Shown here: positions 10,779-21,407 of the stretch, piece by piece
Layout: each line of letters opens with the position of its first letter
Numbering within the stretch: position 1 is the stretch's first letter
Assembly (NCBI GenBank): GCA_977018835.1
Contig: OZ361258.1
Span: 4,960,001-5,024,000, forward strand
DNA from: Minutocellus sp. GHC0000111
Lineage: Eukaryota
Reading direction: 5' to 3'
Length of the DNA: 64,000 nt
Made by a program: the position numbers and the translations under genes
Notes under the pieces: model-generated
What the model saw: the letters and a program-made list of their open reading frames with translations, nothing else
Database searches by the model: none
What the model was told of the DNA's origin: nothing

Positions 10779-11589
10779 GATGGTGAGGTTTGACATGCTG
10801 ATTTTGCGGCACTGCTTGACAAAGCTGAAATGACACGCAATTGAAAAAATGCGCAATCTTGACGCTGCGGTTTGATGTGCTGCCGCTGCGGTTTGATTGC
10901 TGCTACACGGATTGACATGCTGGTCGTTTTGTGATGTGCTGCGGATCGAGTTGAAATGCTGGAACTTTCGGCGACCATTTGATGTTTGACATGCTGGAGA
11001 GCCGTTGTTTGACATGCTGGAGCGCGTCATTGAATCTGAAGAAGCACTCCCATTTTATTAAATTAAAAAGTAAGTCAAATCCAAACTCGACGGCGGGGAG
11101 CACCTGCTTGCACCACTTAGTAGAACGGGACCATTTGGCGAGTGTTTTGGCGAGCCTGCCATTCTTTTTGGCTGAAACACGATCTGCCTGCAACAGCCAG
11201 CCGTTCAAGTTGTTGGCATCGCCTCTGTGTTTTGCAGATTTTTCTGCTACAAAATAATGCGAGAGAGAGCAAGCAGCGACAAAATCGACGGAAATAAGCG
11301 TGGAACATGTGTTTATTCGTCGACCTATAACATTGGAACAAAAAAAACTCACACCCTCTCATTGCTAGATGGGCCGCGCCCACCCCCCCCAAGCGGTGAC
11401 GACAGTCTGTCTTGGAGGGCACCCGGCCCCATCTTGCTTCATTGCACTCCCTGATGGAGCGTCTTTTCGTCGTCACATGTGGGCCTTTTGGATGAGACGC
11501 CGCCGTCTCATCCCTCTCTCTCATCATCAGATTTCTGCCTCTAGACTAGGCAGGGTCAAGAAGCATTCTGCCCCCAAGAACCGCATTAG

Positions 11590-11745
11590 CAGCTTGCCGG
11601 TGGGGGGTGCAAAAGGTCGGCCGACAAAGTTTTGATGCCAGAATCAAATGTGGTGGAAAGAACAGAACAACAGTTGGTGCGTTTGATAATCCGGAAGACG
11701 CAGGCAAGGTGCGTGCACTAGCAATGGAGCTGTTGTCTGCCACGG
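11590..11745 (+). pseudogene. Isolated AP2-like DNA-binding domain fragment
   Basis: LPVG/VQKVGRQSFDARIKCGGKNRTTVGAFDNPEDAGKVRALAMELL follows the AP2 pattern (GV...A.I...G.FD..E.A). Frameshift in a G run; no intact gene around it. Confidence 0.5.
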
Positions 11746-12656
11746 CGGCGTCTGCTCCTCCTCTCCTCATCCCTCTCTCATCATCAGATTTCTGCCTCAT
11801 CCCTCTCATCAGATCATCTTTCTGGATCATCGAACGGAAAGACCACCGGCAGAGTCTACGGCACGCGCTAGATGTAACCTAGGTGCATCGTTTGCTCTTC
11901 AAACTAGGAATTCCTGCTAGTAAAGCCCCGAGGACCCCCCAGGGGGGCGGCTGGCTGTGATCAGACATAGATCTACTATAGCAAGTCTATGGACATTGTT
12001 ACTTGCGAGCAGGAGGCCTGGCCAGCGCGCAGCCTGCATGCGTGGGAAAAGTAATAGAGATCTACATGTAGATCTATCGATCACTTCTCACAAAAAAGTA
12101 CTGACACCCATTAGGAGAGGCCAGCAGCAGCAGGAGAGATCGATCGCGCCCAAAAAAGAGAAGAAAGAGAGAGCAACGGAGCTGTTCGCAAGAAGAAGGC
12201 ATGCACAATTACTAGTATCCTTTTATTCACTACATACATGAGAGGCTGAGATGCAGAGATTTCATCCCTTCAACTCGCCTTCCCCCTCCTCTTCGGACAG
12301 ATCGTCCATGGCACCAAAAACTGATCAGATTATCACAGTTTTTATCGCACTCTCTAGCGACGACAAATTGCCAGCAGACAAGTTGTGGAGAAGCCGCAGC
12401 AGGCGCAGGAACCACCCGTCGCGAACTCGAACAGGGTCCGATCGACGACCCACTGATCGCTAAAGCGAGGCATGGCTTGGCCTTTTGGTTTTGGTCGGGT
12501 TTTTCATGAAATGGGATGGGCATGGGGCTTCGAGGCTGGTCTCGCGATCGCCATCCACGTGTGTCGTGATCCCGTTTTTGAAGCATCTGGTCCCGGTCCC
12601 CGAGACAGCCCTCGCCGGCGCGCCTCGCTCCTCGCTCGTGATAAATCTTCAGCACA

Positions 12657-13521
12657 ATGGTGAGCCCACTCGGAAAGTAGTACTAACGATGGTGCGGCCG
12701 TCTGCCGCACCATCGTTTGCATTATGTTTCGCACCTTCTGTGTGATCTTGCCTGCATCTAGCTACTTCTGGTGTCCCACGAGGATGCGTGTCTCCAAGTG
12801 GAGGATCATGAAATAAATGGACGGACATCTATCAACTCGTACTGGGCGGTATTTTATCCACTCACCGTCGGCATTATCGTTGTTTTCTCACCTGTGCTTC
12901 TCTTCATCCGATGTATCAAATTTTTAGTTCCGCACGATCTTCACTGGTTTCGTTGGCATCCTCTTCCTGGCTTCGACTGCCCTCGCTGGTACGTCCGCCG
13001 AAGGTCTCGCGTGGCTGGCGAAGAAGGATCAGGAGGAGGGCGTCGTCAAGCTCGAATCTGGCTTGCGCTACCGCGAAATTACTCCAGGAACAGGCAAGAC
13101 GCCTATGATATCAACTCCTTGCAAGTGTCACTACTCTGGCACATTAATTGATGGAAGCGAATTCGACTCGTCCTACAAGCGCGGACAGCCTCTGACTTTT
13201 GCACCCAACCAGGTTATCAAAGGCTGGACAGAAGTGAGTATACATCTACCAACCCCAGCTCGTTTATCTGTGCAATTTCAATAACTCCATGTGATATGAA
13301 AGAATATTATCGATTTAATAATTCTCTCTTGCAAAATCGCTATCCTCCCATACGCACAGGCGATGCAGCTCATGCGCGAGGGTGGCAAGTGGGAGCTTTA
13401 CATCCCATCTGAGCTCGGCTATGGCGATCGCGGAGCGGGGGCTCAGATTCCCGGAGGTGCTGTCCTTGTTTTCACTCTTGAACTTCTCGAGGTTTTGGGC
13501 CCTGCAGTTGAGAAGGAGTAA
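12657..13521 (+). CDS. Secreted/ER-targeted FKBP-type peptidyl-prolyl isomerase, FkpA/Mip-like (exons 12657-12659 tentative, 12928-13233, 13360-13521)
   Basis: VVKLESGLRY...CHYSGTLIDGSEFDSSYKRG.P..F.PNQVIKGWTE|AMQLM..G.KWELYIPSELGYG.RGAG..IP. The spliced N-terminus MFRTIFTGFVGILFLASTALA is a signal peptide. Confidence 0.9.
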
Positions 13522-13753
13522 ACCAGGTGATGGAGTATTTCGAATCAATCGGCATTTGCATTATTTGAGAAAGAGTCAAAGACGAGGAAACTTTTGAATC
13601 GGCGTGCAATATTAGCATATCATGCTAGCTGGAAGGAATACGATGCGCATCGCATCATCAAAATTGGTGCTTGGTTAAGTTATAGTGGTACTCTATGATT
13701 CACAATGGATTTGATATAAAAGACGTTGCGGCAAAAAAAGAGAGTCGCTCCTT

Positions 13754-15004
13754 TTAAACGGCTCCCGACATGACTTGCTGCTCCTCTTCAATGTCTTCAA
13801 GATCGGCATCCTCCGATGCGACCGTGGACGTCACAGACGGTGCATCGATGACCTTACCTGCCGATGCGGAAGATGCCTCCAAGTCGGCAACGAGCCGAGG
13901 CAATCGTAATTCCTCCGGTCCAACCTCCCAGAAGGGCCTGTTTCGAGATCGGAACGCACCGAAATTACCAATTTTACTTCGAATCCGAGACGATACTCGT
14001 CCGTAGGTGGTGATATCGTCGGTACGAGAAGGAATTTGTTGTCTGGAATCCTCCTTGTTCAGATCCTTGCGCATAAAGTAGGCGTCTTCTCCGTCCTGAT
14101 AGTAGTGCTGGATGATATCGTGCACGTCATAATTCAGCATGTCGCCATACAATCGTGTGGCGGCTCGGTTGGACACCCTCACGTGCAGACCAACTGCATC
14201 GGCCTGGTAGGCATGTCTCATGTGATAGTGCAGCTGCTCCATCAACTCGGCTGCCAGTCCCATCCTCCGATAGTCCTTGAGGACGGCGAGGCTGGTAACA
14301 TGACCGAGGTTCTCCGTCTCCCGTCGGAGGCTGGCCGACATGGCCTCGAAGAGACTTCGCTCGTCGTCTTCATCTAGTACCGTTGACGGGGGCAGGGTGC
14401 GGAGAATTCCATTCCGTGGCCTTCCGTTGTTGCTGTTGACGTTGTTGCGGCTGGAGGTGTACACATTCTGCTCGACCTTTCCTAGGACATAACCGACGAT
14501 CCGTCGGCCATCATCGGACAGATTTTCGTCCTGATTTTCATCGATTCGCTCCTGAGGGTCGTATCGACCACTAGTTCCACGCACACCAAAGTTCGGCGAG
14601 CCATGCATTGCCCTGATAGACCCAACAGGAGCCGCATCGGCAGCAGTTGGCCGAGACGGCATGCATCCCGATGGTACGTGTTCGGCCACGAGCGCCAGGT
14701 CCGGCCACTGACGCATGTGATTGTGATAGAAGGTGGCGGAATAGTTTTCGGGCAATGTTGCCAGGTTGCACTGCTGAATATGCGGCACGTCGCTCCGCCG
14801 CGCCACGCGGAGAGCAATGTGCCCATCGAGGAGTCGGTCGGCACCAGCCGTGGCCGCTGACGGAGACACTCCAGCCGTTCGGGAGGCCGTCGCGGCATCG
14901 GCGGCGGCCAGCTTGGTACCCTCTCGACTGCCGGTCGCAAGAGCTGCCGAAGAGCGCAGCAACGCCAGAAATAACAGCTTGGCTTGATCGGCTGGTCGTC
15001 TCAT
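13754..15004 (-). CDS. NAA10/ARD1-like N-terminal acetyltransferase (GNAT) with signal-like N-terminal extension
   Basis: Motifs QQCNLATLPENY, IVGYVLGKVE, GHVTSLAV...RRMGLA, LHVRVSN.AA..LY and YYQDGEDAYFM. Confidence 0.85.
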   Translation of the reverse strand: MRRPADQAKLLFLALLRSSAALATGSREGTKLAAADAATASRTAGVSPSAATAGADRLLDGHIALRVARRSDVPHIQQCNLATLPENYSATFYHNHMRQWPDLALVAEHVPSGCMPSRPTAADAAPVGSIRAMHGSPNFGVRGTSGRYDPQERIDENQDENLSDDGRRIVGYVLGKVEQNVYTSSRNNVNSNNGRPRNGILRTLPPSTVLDEDDERSLFEAMSASLRRETENLGHVTSLAVLKDYRRMGLAAELMEQLHYHMRHAYQADAVGLHVRVSNRAATRLYGDMLNYDVHDIIQHYYQDGEDAYFMRKDLNKEDSRQQIPSRTDDITTYGRVSSRIRSKIGNFGAFRSRNRPFWEVGPEELRLPRLVADLEASSASAGKVIDAPSVTSTVASEDADLEDIEEEQQVMSGAV

Positions 15005-15632
15005 GGTTTCGATGCAATGCCGTATTATCAAAGAAGAAAGCTAGCTAAATGCGTTTGGAAAAGAACACGGACACAAAAAGAACACAATTTGTGCCTGGAC
15101 CGATGTGCTGCTTTCTGTAGATTGAAAGTGAGTAGTCGACAGAGAGCGAGAAGTGCGTAGCAGATACTGGTCGAAGCTCCCGATCGAAAAGCACGCAGCA
15201 GGGCTGGAACACGATGAATGCGCTGCTGCTACCAAGACGGGCGACGGGAGATACAACCGAACCGAGCGAATGTTACTTTCGACCGGCCGTTCGGTGCGGT
15301 GGCCATGCATGATGTGGCAAGGATGAAGCTACGTACAGAGAAGTAAAAGCGGGACCAGAGTTGATCCCGCAAACTTTTGACTGCCGGCCCACAGTTCAAA
15401 CCGCCCGGCCATCCACCTGGCTGGTTCAAACCACAACACATCACGTGCCTCTCTACTTCCTGCTGCTCTCGGTTGAAGCGCTGCACGGATACCGAGCGAA
15501 AAGGTTGCTTTGCAGAGACAAAGAAAAGGATACCCGCAAGTGACCGTTTACCAGTTTTGTCCGTTCGAGCCTTACAGCCATTCGCTCTCATTCAATTCCC
15601 CATCACCTCGCCACCACCGCGGCTAACAAAAA

Positions 15633-16070
15633 ATGACCCGACTGTACGTCCGCTCAGCACTGTCAATATTACAAGATGGGAGCATCGACCTTGGGGAGCA
15701 GGACATTAAAAAAATAGCTATTGGAGATGTGAAGCACATGATTGCCACCCACTGCGAAATACCGATCGAGGTTGTGCTGGACCATCATCGACTCTTTTGG
15801 CACGGATATCTGCTCGACGAGGACGAATTGCCGGTATCGGAGGCATGCGTGGGCGTTGATCCTGATGAAACCTTGCAGGGTGATGAAAAGGAGCTGGTGT
15901 TATTTCTCACCGAAAAGGATGAATCGGAAGGTGATGCCGATGATGCTGCCACTGATTTGGACTCGTCGTTTCAGAGTTTAGGTCGACTTCGGAGCAACTC
16001 AATCAATAAGATGAAGGTAGAAATACGAAAACAACAGGAGACAATCAGCAATAAATGTGTGGTGATGTGA
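15633..16070 (+). CDS. Small ubiquitin-like-fold protein with C-terminal CaaX box
   Basis: IGDVKHMIATHCEIP...HRLFWHGYLLDEDE...V...ETL resembles a Ubl fold. Ends in KCVVM*. Confidence 0.55.
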   Translation: MTRLYVRSALSILQDGSIDLGEQDIKKIAIGDVKHMIATHCEIPIEVVLDHHRLFWHGYLLDEDELPVSEACVGVDPDETLQGDEKELVLFLTEKDESEGDADDAATDLDSSFQSLGRLRSNSINKMKVEIRKQQETISNKCVVM

Positions 16071-16164
16071 GGATTTGGTCAACCAAATTCCAGATTATCC
16101 ACCATGTACAAGCTAAAGCGCGAGCTATGCAACATAAAATTTTGTAAAACTTGAATAAACTTAT

Positions 16165-17151
16165 TCATTTCTTAGAGTTCCTAGGCGATTTCCGTGTCCC
16201 CGCTCTCTGCTTCTTCTTGGCCGGTATCGGCTTGCTCCGATCTCGGGGTGGCTTACGTTTCTTTGCCTCCTTCGCCTTCCTTTTCATCTCCTCCTCCATT
16301 GCTTCGGCCTCCTCCATCGCCCCGGCTTCCTCGTCTCCACCATTGGCAAGCAGCCGCCTAACGAAGGCAGCATACGCCTTGACATTCCGATCGGCTTTCT
16401 TGTCCTTCAAAACTGCCTTATAGTCTCCTCGACAAAAGACGTCAAAGCTAGCCTTGGCAAAAAGGCCGCATCCATGCAGCTCCTTGACATCGGTCCACGG
16501 ACCAAGGAAGTCGTGTACAAATCGCTTCATCGTCCGTTCTCGGTTCAGACCCAGAGGATGAAGCAATTTCGCCATGGCATCCATATCCTCCTCTTCCAGC
16601 ACAGATGTGGGCGTCGGATATTTTTCCAGAAATTGTCCTGCGGTGGTTCTGACAAGGTAACCACCGCTGGTTCGAGAGCACAGAATGCATACAGTAAGGA
16701 GGCGATACGGGTCGGATGCATAGTGCTCTTGGATGAGATCGAGGTGCGAAATCTGTTTTGGACGGTTTGGAAATGACGAGCATCGCTGGCGGTAGTAGCC
16801 ATACCATGGCGACGCTGACGATGGTGAGGGCGCGTCGTCTTCTTCGCCTGCATTTCTACTAGTGCCAGTGGCGGCGGGATCACTGCTATCGGCGTCCGAT
16901 ATAAATTGCGCACATGCTTTACCCCATCTCTGGTTGGCAAACACCTTCCAAACTCGAGAGCTGGTCACGAGGGACGAAAACACTTTGTTGTATGCATACG
17001 AATATGTAAGGCCAAGGGTTACCGATGCCCTTGGCCCGGCGAGAAGCAAGATATGATAGAGGCAATCGTCACTCAGAGATTCGGGGGCAGTTTCATCATT
17101 GGCATTGGCACGTGATGAAGAGACCGAAGGGAAAAGCAGCCAGCACAGCAC
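16165..17151 (-). CDS. F-box-like plus MBD4-type HhH-GPD DNA glycosylase domain protein (5' end uncertain, possible first exon 17317-17310)
   Basis: LIQE.Y..DPY.LL..CILCSRTSG...F..KYPTP...LLHPLGL...W..V.ELHGCG matches the MBD4 glycosylase domain. N-terminal ESLSDDCLYHIL...VWK..A.QRW is F-box-like. Basic NLS-like tail. Confidence 0.7.
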   Translation of the reverse strand: MLCWLLFPSVSSSRANANDETAPESLSDDCLYHILLLAGPRASVTLGLTYSYAYNKVFSSLVTSSRVWKVFANQRWGKACAQFISDADSSDPAATGTSRNAGEEDDAPSPSSASPWYGYYRQRCSSFPNRPKQISHLDLIQEHYASDPYRLLTVCILCSRTSGGYLVRTTAGQFLEKYPTPTSVLEEEDMDAMAKLLHPLGLNRERTMKRFVHDFLGPWTDVKELHGCGLFAKASFDVFCRGDYKAVLKDKKADRNVKAYAAFVRRLLANGGDEEAGAMEEAEAMEEEMKRKAKEAKKRKPPRDRSKPIPAKKKQRAGTRKSPRNSKK

Positions 17152-17540
17152 CCTCGCAAGTAGATCCGTTCATCATTCGGCGAGGTAATCCTAGTTATGA
17201 AGAAATAATGAAATAAAACGCTGTGCGTATCAAGCCACGAATGAATCGAGATGAATCAATCGCTTCGTAGCAACCTCTACCTACTACGTAGTAGGTCATA
17301 GTCAGTCACCTGCTCATCGGCTCATTCTTCCACCGCGTCAGTCAGCGCTCTGTCCGTCCATCCGGTCCTTCGCAAGAATGAGGTCTGTCGTCGTCCGCCA
17401 GACGTCGTCATTCGACGGTGTCGGCCGATGCCAAAACCTGCCGATAAACTGCAAAACTGCGATACGCCGTGAAAACGAGCACACCCCACGTCAATACCAT
17501 GCAATCAGTCTCCTAACACGCTTGTAGTCTTACCTCAGCC

Positions 17541-19997
17541 ATGAATGGAACGGGCGCATTAGGCGGAAGTCCGCTCTTTCGCCTCCGTCGAACCGAGTCC
17601 TTCATCTCTCGGCGGGCGTCGGACCGGATCAATGAAAATGAGCTACCGCTCGAGAAGGGGGCAAGGGGGATCTTCACCCCCAGTGGCATCTTCTTCTTTC
17701 TGGTCAAGCTGGTGGTTCCGGCGGCATATGTGTACATCATTCTAGTGTTGTTAAGAGAACTGGCCGATGCCTTTCCCGTCGGGTTTGCCGAGCCGATCGA
17801 GCATTACGTGCCACCCCTCGCGCGCTTAATATCTCTGATGCAGAAGAGCTCCTTCTTCATGGAGGTATGGGCCGTCATTGAGGGGTTGTTCTTCATCATT
17901 CTCAAAATACATATCTACTGGCTCCAGGGGAAGGACCCGCTTGAGGCCTCCTTGTCGGCGGCGCCCATGCTTGGCCTAGAGGAACGCAGAGATTTCTGGT
18001 CGACAATGATGAAGAGTGAGAGTGAGGACCCGGTCGGTTTCTTGACAGGATGGTTCTTCGATTTGCCACTGGAACAGATTTCCAAGTATGACTTGTTGGA
18101 CTTTGTGGCCTGGAGCATGTACGAGGGTCGCAATCAGGAACATTTGACCCAGGATGAGCTCGAGCAGCTGACGGAGTTCATCGATGAGATCGAATGGAGG
18201 ATAAGCATTCACAAATACGGTGTCGAGAGACGACCAAGAGTGTCCTATGCATCGGATTGCAGCGGTTATGCGTCATCAGATGTGGATGGGTATTTTAGTG
18301 GCACCGACGGATATCATAGCGGATATGCGTCCTCGGATGCCGAGGGCTATGCAGTGAGCTATTCGCCACGAAATCGACCGGCACCGCCCAAGCTTTCAGA
18401 TCTCCAGTGGTCGTCGAATCCCAACGACAGAGTGAACCCTCAGGAATGGTTTCGATTCCCAGAGAATGCTCTGAGCGAGGAGTCGACTTATTTCTCCAAC
18501 CTGTATGAGAACTATATGGCCAAGTACGAGGGCTTTGTGGCGGAGAAACGCCAGCAACTGTATGAAAAAATGGCAGAGAAGCGGCAACAAATCGTGGAAG
18601 CAGAAGAGACCGCAATGGCAGCTGCGTACGAAACATACGAAAACGCATACTACAGAGCGATTGACAAGGGCGGCGATGTCGATAAAAGAATTACTGCATT
18701 TAGTCACGCAACACAAACTCAGTTAACCGAGGCATGGAATCGAATGTGCGACGTCAAGGAGCGTCTCGTTCTTGCCACGGCCACAAAGCTCTCAAATCGA
18801 AGGAAAGCACTGCGACAACAACTGAAAGGCTACAGGGTATTATTAGCAAGGATGAGATCCATGTCGTCCGCTGTACCATCGAAGCAAATGGCTGGCGTGA
18901 TGAGAAAAATCACCCAGTGTCATGAGGCCATTGAATCCCTGGAGCACTCTGCGCGGGAAACCTTCGTTAGTGCTACTGGGTTTGCGAGGGAGACTCTGTT
19001 TCCTCATCGGAACGAACCTCTGAGATATGCCAAGTACTCTTCCGATCCCCTGCTCGGCCTTTCTACGTACCCCTTGGCGTTTCACATTTTGATTCTTCTC
19101 CTCACCGACGGAGGGCTGCGAGTTCTAATGATGATGAGAGGCTTTCAACGAAAGAAGCTGGGTCAGGTCGCCTACTACTACCATCCCGGCACCGACAAGG
19201 CAAGCGACAGTGGTAGTGACAGTGGTAGCGATGATGACGAAAAGATCCCAATTGTATTTTGCCATGGCATCGGTGTGGGTTTGATTATATATCTACCTCT
19301 TATTGATGGCTTCTTGAAGTCGGGCAGACCTATCTTCCTTCCCGAGATCCCTTACGTCTCGGCCTTTCGCCCTTGGCAGTCGCCGTACAGCATTTTGCCT
19401 CCGGCTTCGGTAACAAGCACCCTCACCGCTATGCTTGCGTCGCACGGCCATCTCCGTGCAATGTTTGCTGGCCACTCGTATGGCACATCCTGGCTCAGCT
19501 ACATGCTCAAGTACGCGCCGACCGGTTGTGTCGCCGCTGTCTGCTTTTTAGATCCCATTTGCTTCTGCCTCCATACAAGTTCTCTGACACGCCATTTTGT
19601 CTACCATCGGTCTGATCCCGGATCGATCGCCTACATGTGCCGAACCGATATCATGATCAATTGGACGATTCAGAGAAGTTTCCCTTGGACCGCCATATCC
19701 CTATTCACAGAGCAGATCCAAAGTAACATACCCTGTGCAGTGTTTTTGAGCGCTGAAGATGCCTTGGTACCAGCCGAAAAGGTGGAACAGTATCTCAAGT
19801 CGAAAGGAGCCCCCGTGTCGGTTCTGGAAGAGGCCGGATCCAACCACTTTTCAGCTGGACCGATAAACGTCACTGTTTTTCCGGGCGAGGGGCATGGCGA
19901 TTGGGTGGAGGATCCGAATAAAATGGCAAGGATTGCGGAAGCAGCTGAGATTATGTGCTACAAGGCTGATCTACAAACAAAGGACAAGAACCAATAG
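17541..19997 (+). CDS. Membrane-associated alpha/beta-hydrolase
   Basis: 818-aa ORF with N-terminal TM segments, PIVFCHGIGVG, nucleophile elbow GHSYG, FLDPICF, acid in SAEDALVP and His in GHG. Confidence 0.85.
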   Translation: MNGTGALGGSPLFRLRRTESFISRRASDRINENELPLEKGARGIFTPSGIFFFLVKLVVPAAYVYIILVLLRELADAFPVGFAEPIEHYVPPLARLISLMQKSSFFMEVWAVIEGLFFIILKIHIYWLQGKDPLEASLSAAPMLGLEERRDFWSTMMKSESEDPVGFLTGWFFDLPLEQISKYDLLDFVAWSMYEGRNQEHLTQDELEQLTEFIDEIEWRISIHKYGVERRPRVSYASDCSGYASSDVDGYFSGTDGYHSGYASSDAEGYAVSYSPRNRPAPPKLSDLQWSSNPNDRVNPQEWFRFPENALSEESTYFSNLYENYMAKYEGFVAEKRQQLYEKMAEKRQQIVEAEETAMAAAYETYENAYYRAIDKGGDVDKRITAFSHATQTQLTEAWNRMCDVKERLVLATATKLSNRRKALRQQLKGYRVLLARMRSMSSAVPSKQMAGVMRKITQCHEAIESLEHSARETFVSATGFARETLFPHRNEPLRYAKYSSDPLLGLSTYPLAFHILILLLTDGGLRVLMMMRGFQRKKLGQVAYYYHPGTDKASDSGSDSGSDDDEKIPIVFCHGIGVGLIIYLPLIDGFLKSGRPIFLPEIPYVSAFRPWQSPYSILPPASVTSTLTAMLASHGHLRAMFAGHSYGTSWLSYMLKYAPTGCVAAVCFLDPICFCLHTSSLTRHFVYHRSDPGSIAYMCRTDIMINWTIQRSFPWTAISLFTEQIQSNIPCAVFLSAEDALVPAEKVEQYLKSKGAPVSVLEEAGSNHFSAGPINVTVFPGEGHGDWVEDPNKMARIAEAAEIMCYKADLQTKDKNQ

Positions 19998-20060
19998 CAA
20001 TAGATATTGTAATAATAATAGAATAGAAAAGGGCTAGTATGCACTTTAAAATGTTGGCCA

Positions 20061-21407
20061 TTACCAAGTGCGGCTCTCGATATTATAGTGAAGAGTTGGG
20101 TTGTCGGTGTCAAAGATTGAATTGGGATTGTCATCCTCTTCACGCGATGCTCTCTTCCAGCCAAATTTAGGAGGAAGCAGTGAACCAAACTCGTTCTCAC
20201 AAAAGAAGAGGAATTGAAAAATCGAGCTATCATCGTCATCATCGGCGATTTCATAGTCTGTCATTACCCATTTTGTGCCAAGAAGATCATAGGGCTCTAT
20301 AATGATTTTCATTGCGTCGCCGTCCTCAGATGTAAAGTGTTTAGTGTAGCAATACCTCTTTGCGCCAGCAGTTTTTCCCATTTTGGAAACGAATCCTTCA
20401 ACAGTGGCATCTTTGCGAACATAATCTCCGGTGACGAGGTTCAATTCGTCGTCTGATTCCCCAGGTGGAGCATCGACTCGAAGGCGCTTGACGACGAGCC
20501 GCCGCATCATATCATCCTGCTCGCCCAGTTGCAGGGTTCTCATTCTCAATCGCTCGGCAAAATCGGTTTCTCTTATCATCCTTCTCATCTGCTGCATATC
20601 TCTTTCAATGTGCCATAGCATACCGTTCGATATCCTTGACTCCAAGTTTGTCTCTTTACCGAGAGGTTTCGATGGGGTCATGTCACCATTGCATGCTATG
20701 TCGATGAAGTTCGCAATGGCTCGAACATTATCATCATCGTCATTATCGTCAGCTTCCACCAATGACAAGAGAATTTTCACATTTTCTGCCGTTAGCGACG
20801 TCGGCATGTCCTGCAGCTTATCAATCGCAAACTTGGCCATCTTGGGTTGGCTCTTCTCCATGCTTGCCGCGTTGAGCCCATGAGCCGCCTGGGCAACGGC
20901 AATGGCGTTCTGCAAATCCCCCGCCGTCAGTGACTCGTAAATCCATCCGCCAAACAGTTTGGCCAGCAGGGCATCCCACGCATCCAGCGCATCGATGAAC
21001 TGGTACTTGTCCAACAGGGGCAGCAATATCGGTGCCTCCTCCTTGTTCACAAACGACTTGAGGTCACGTCGGCCGTTGATCTGGTGCATCGTCATGATCT
21101 TGTCAAAGTTTGCCGGCGTAATGTCCGGAAAGGTGATACGACGCGTCTCCTGTTCGCGCATGGGGACCGACAGCATGGTGTCGATGTAGTCGCTGTAGCT
21201 GGCAAGAACGACGGAATAGTGCTGATAGGTTCTCGTGTCGTCTCCCTGCCCTACGGCCACCTCCAAATCTGGTTCCGCTGATTTGAGCAACTTACCACCG
21301 ACGATGCAGGAGGGCGCGTTGGATGCTTCATTGTTGTCGGCGTCCACGTCGGCACCGTCAACATCATCGAGTGACCTGGAGTGTTCGTCGCCGCCGCCTG
21401 AGCTCAT
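20061..21407 (-). CDS. BTB/POZ-domain protein
   Basis: PDLEVAVG...YQHYSVVLASYSDYIDTMLSVPMREQETRRITFPDI is a typical BTB N-terminus. Confidence 0.75.
   Translation of the reverse strand: MSSGGGDEHSRSLDDVDGADVDADNNEASNAPSCIVGGKLLKSAEPDLEVAVGQGDDTRTYQHYSVVLASYSDYIDTMLSVPMREQETRRITFPDITPANFDKIMTMHQINGRRDLKSFVNKEEAPILLPLLDKYQFIDALDAWDALLAKLFGGWIYESLTAGDLQNAIAVAQAAHGLNAASMEKSQPKMAKFAIDKLQDMPTSLTAENVKILLSLVEADDNDDDDNVRAIANFIDIACNGDMTPSKPLGKETNLESRISNGMLWHIERDMQQMRRMIRETDFAERLRMRTLQLGEQDDMMRRLVVKRLRVDAPPGESDDELNLVTGDYVRKDATVEGFVSKMGKTAGAKRYCYTKHFTSEDGDAMKIIIEPYDLLGTKWVMTDYEIADDDDDSSIFQFLFFCENEFGSLLPPKFGWKRASREEDDNPNSIFDTDNPTLHYNIESRTW

Noticed and set aside
10789..11022. CRISPR-like array
   Set aside because: The repeats are only 11-12 bp with irregular spacing, there are no cas genes, and the context is eukaryotic.
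12230..12655. Short ORFs upstream of FKBP
   Set aside because: No motifs or homology cues; likely promoter or intergenic DNA.
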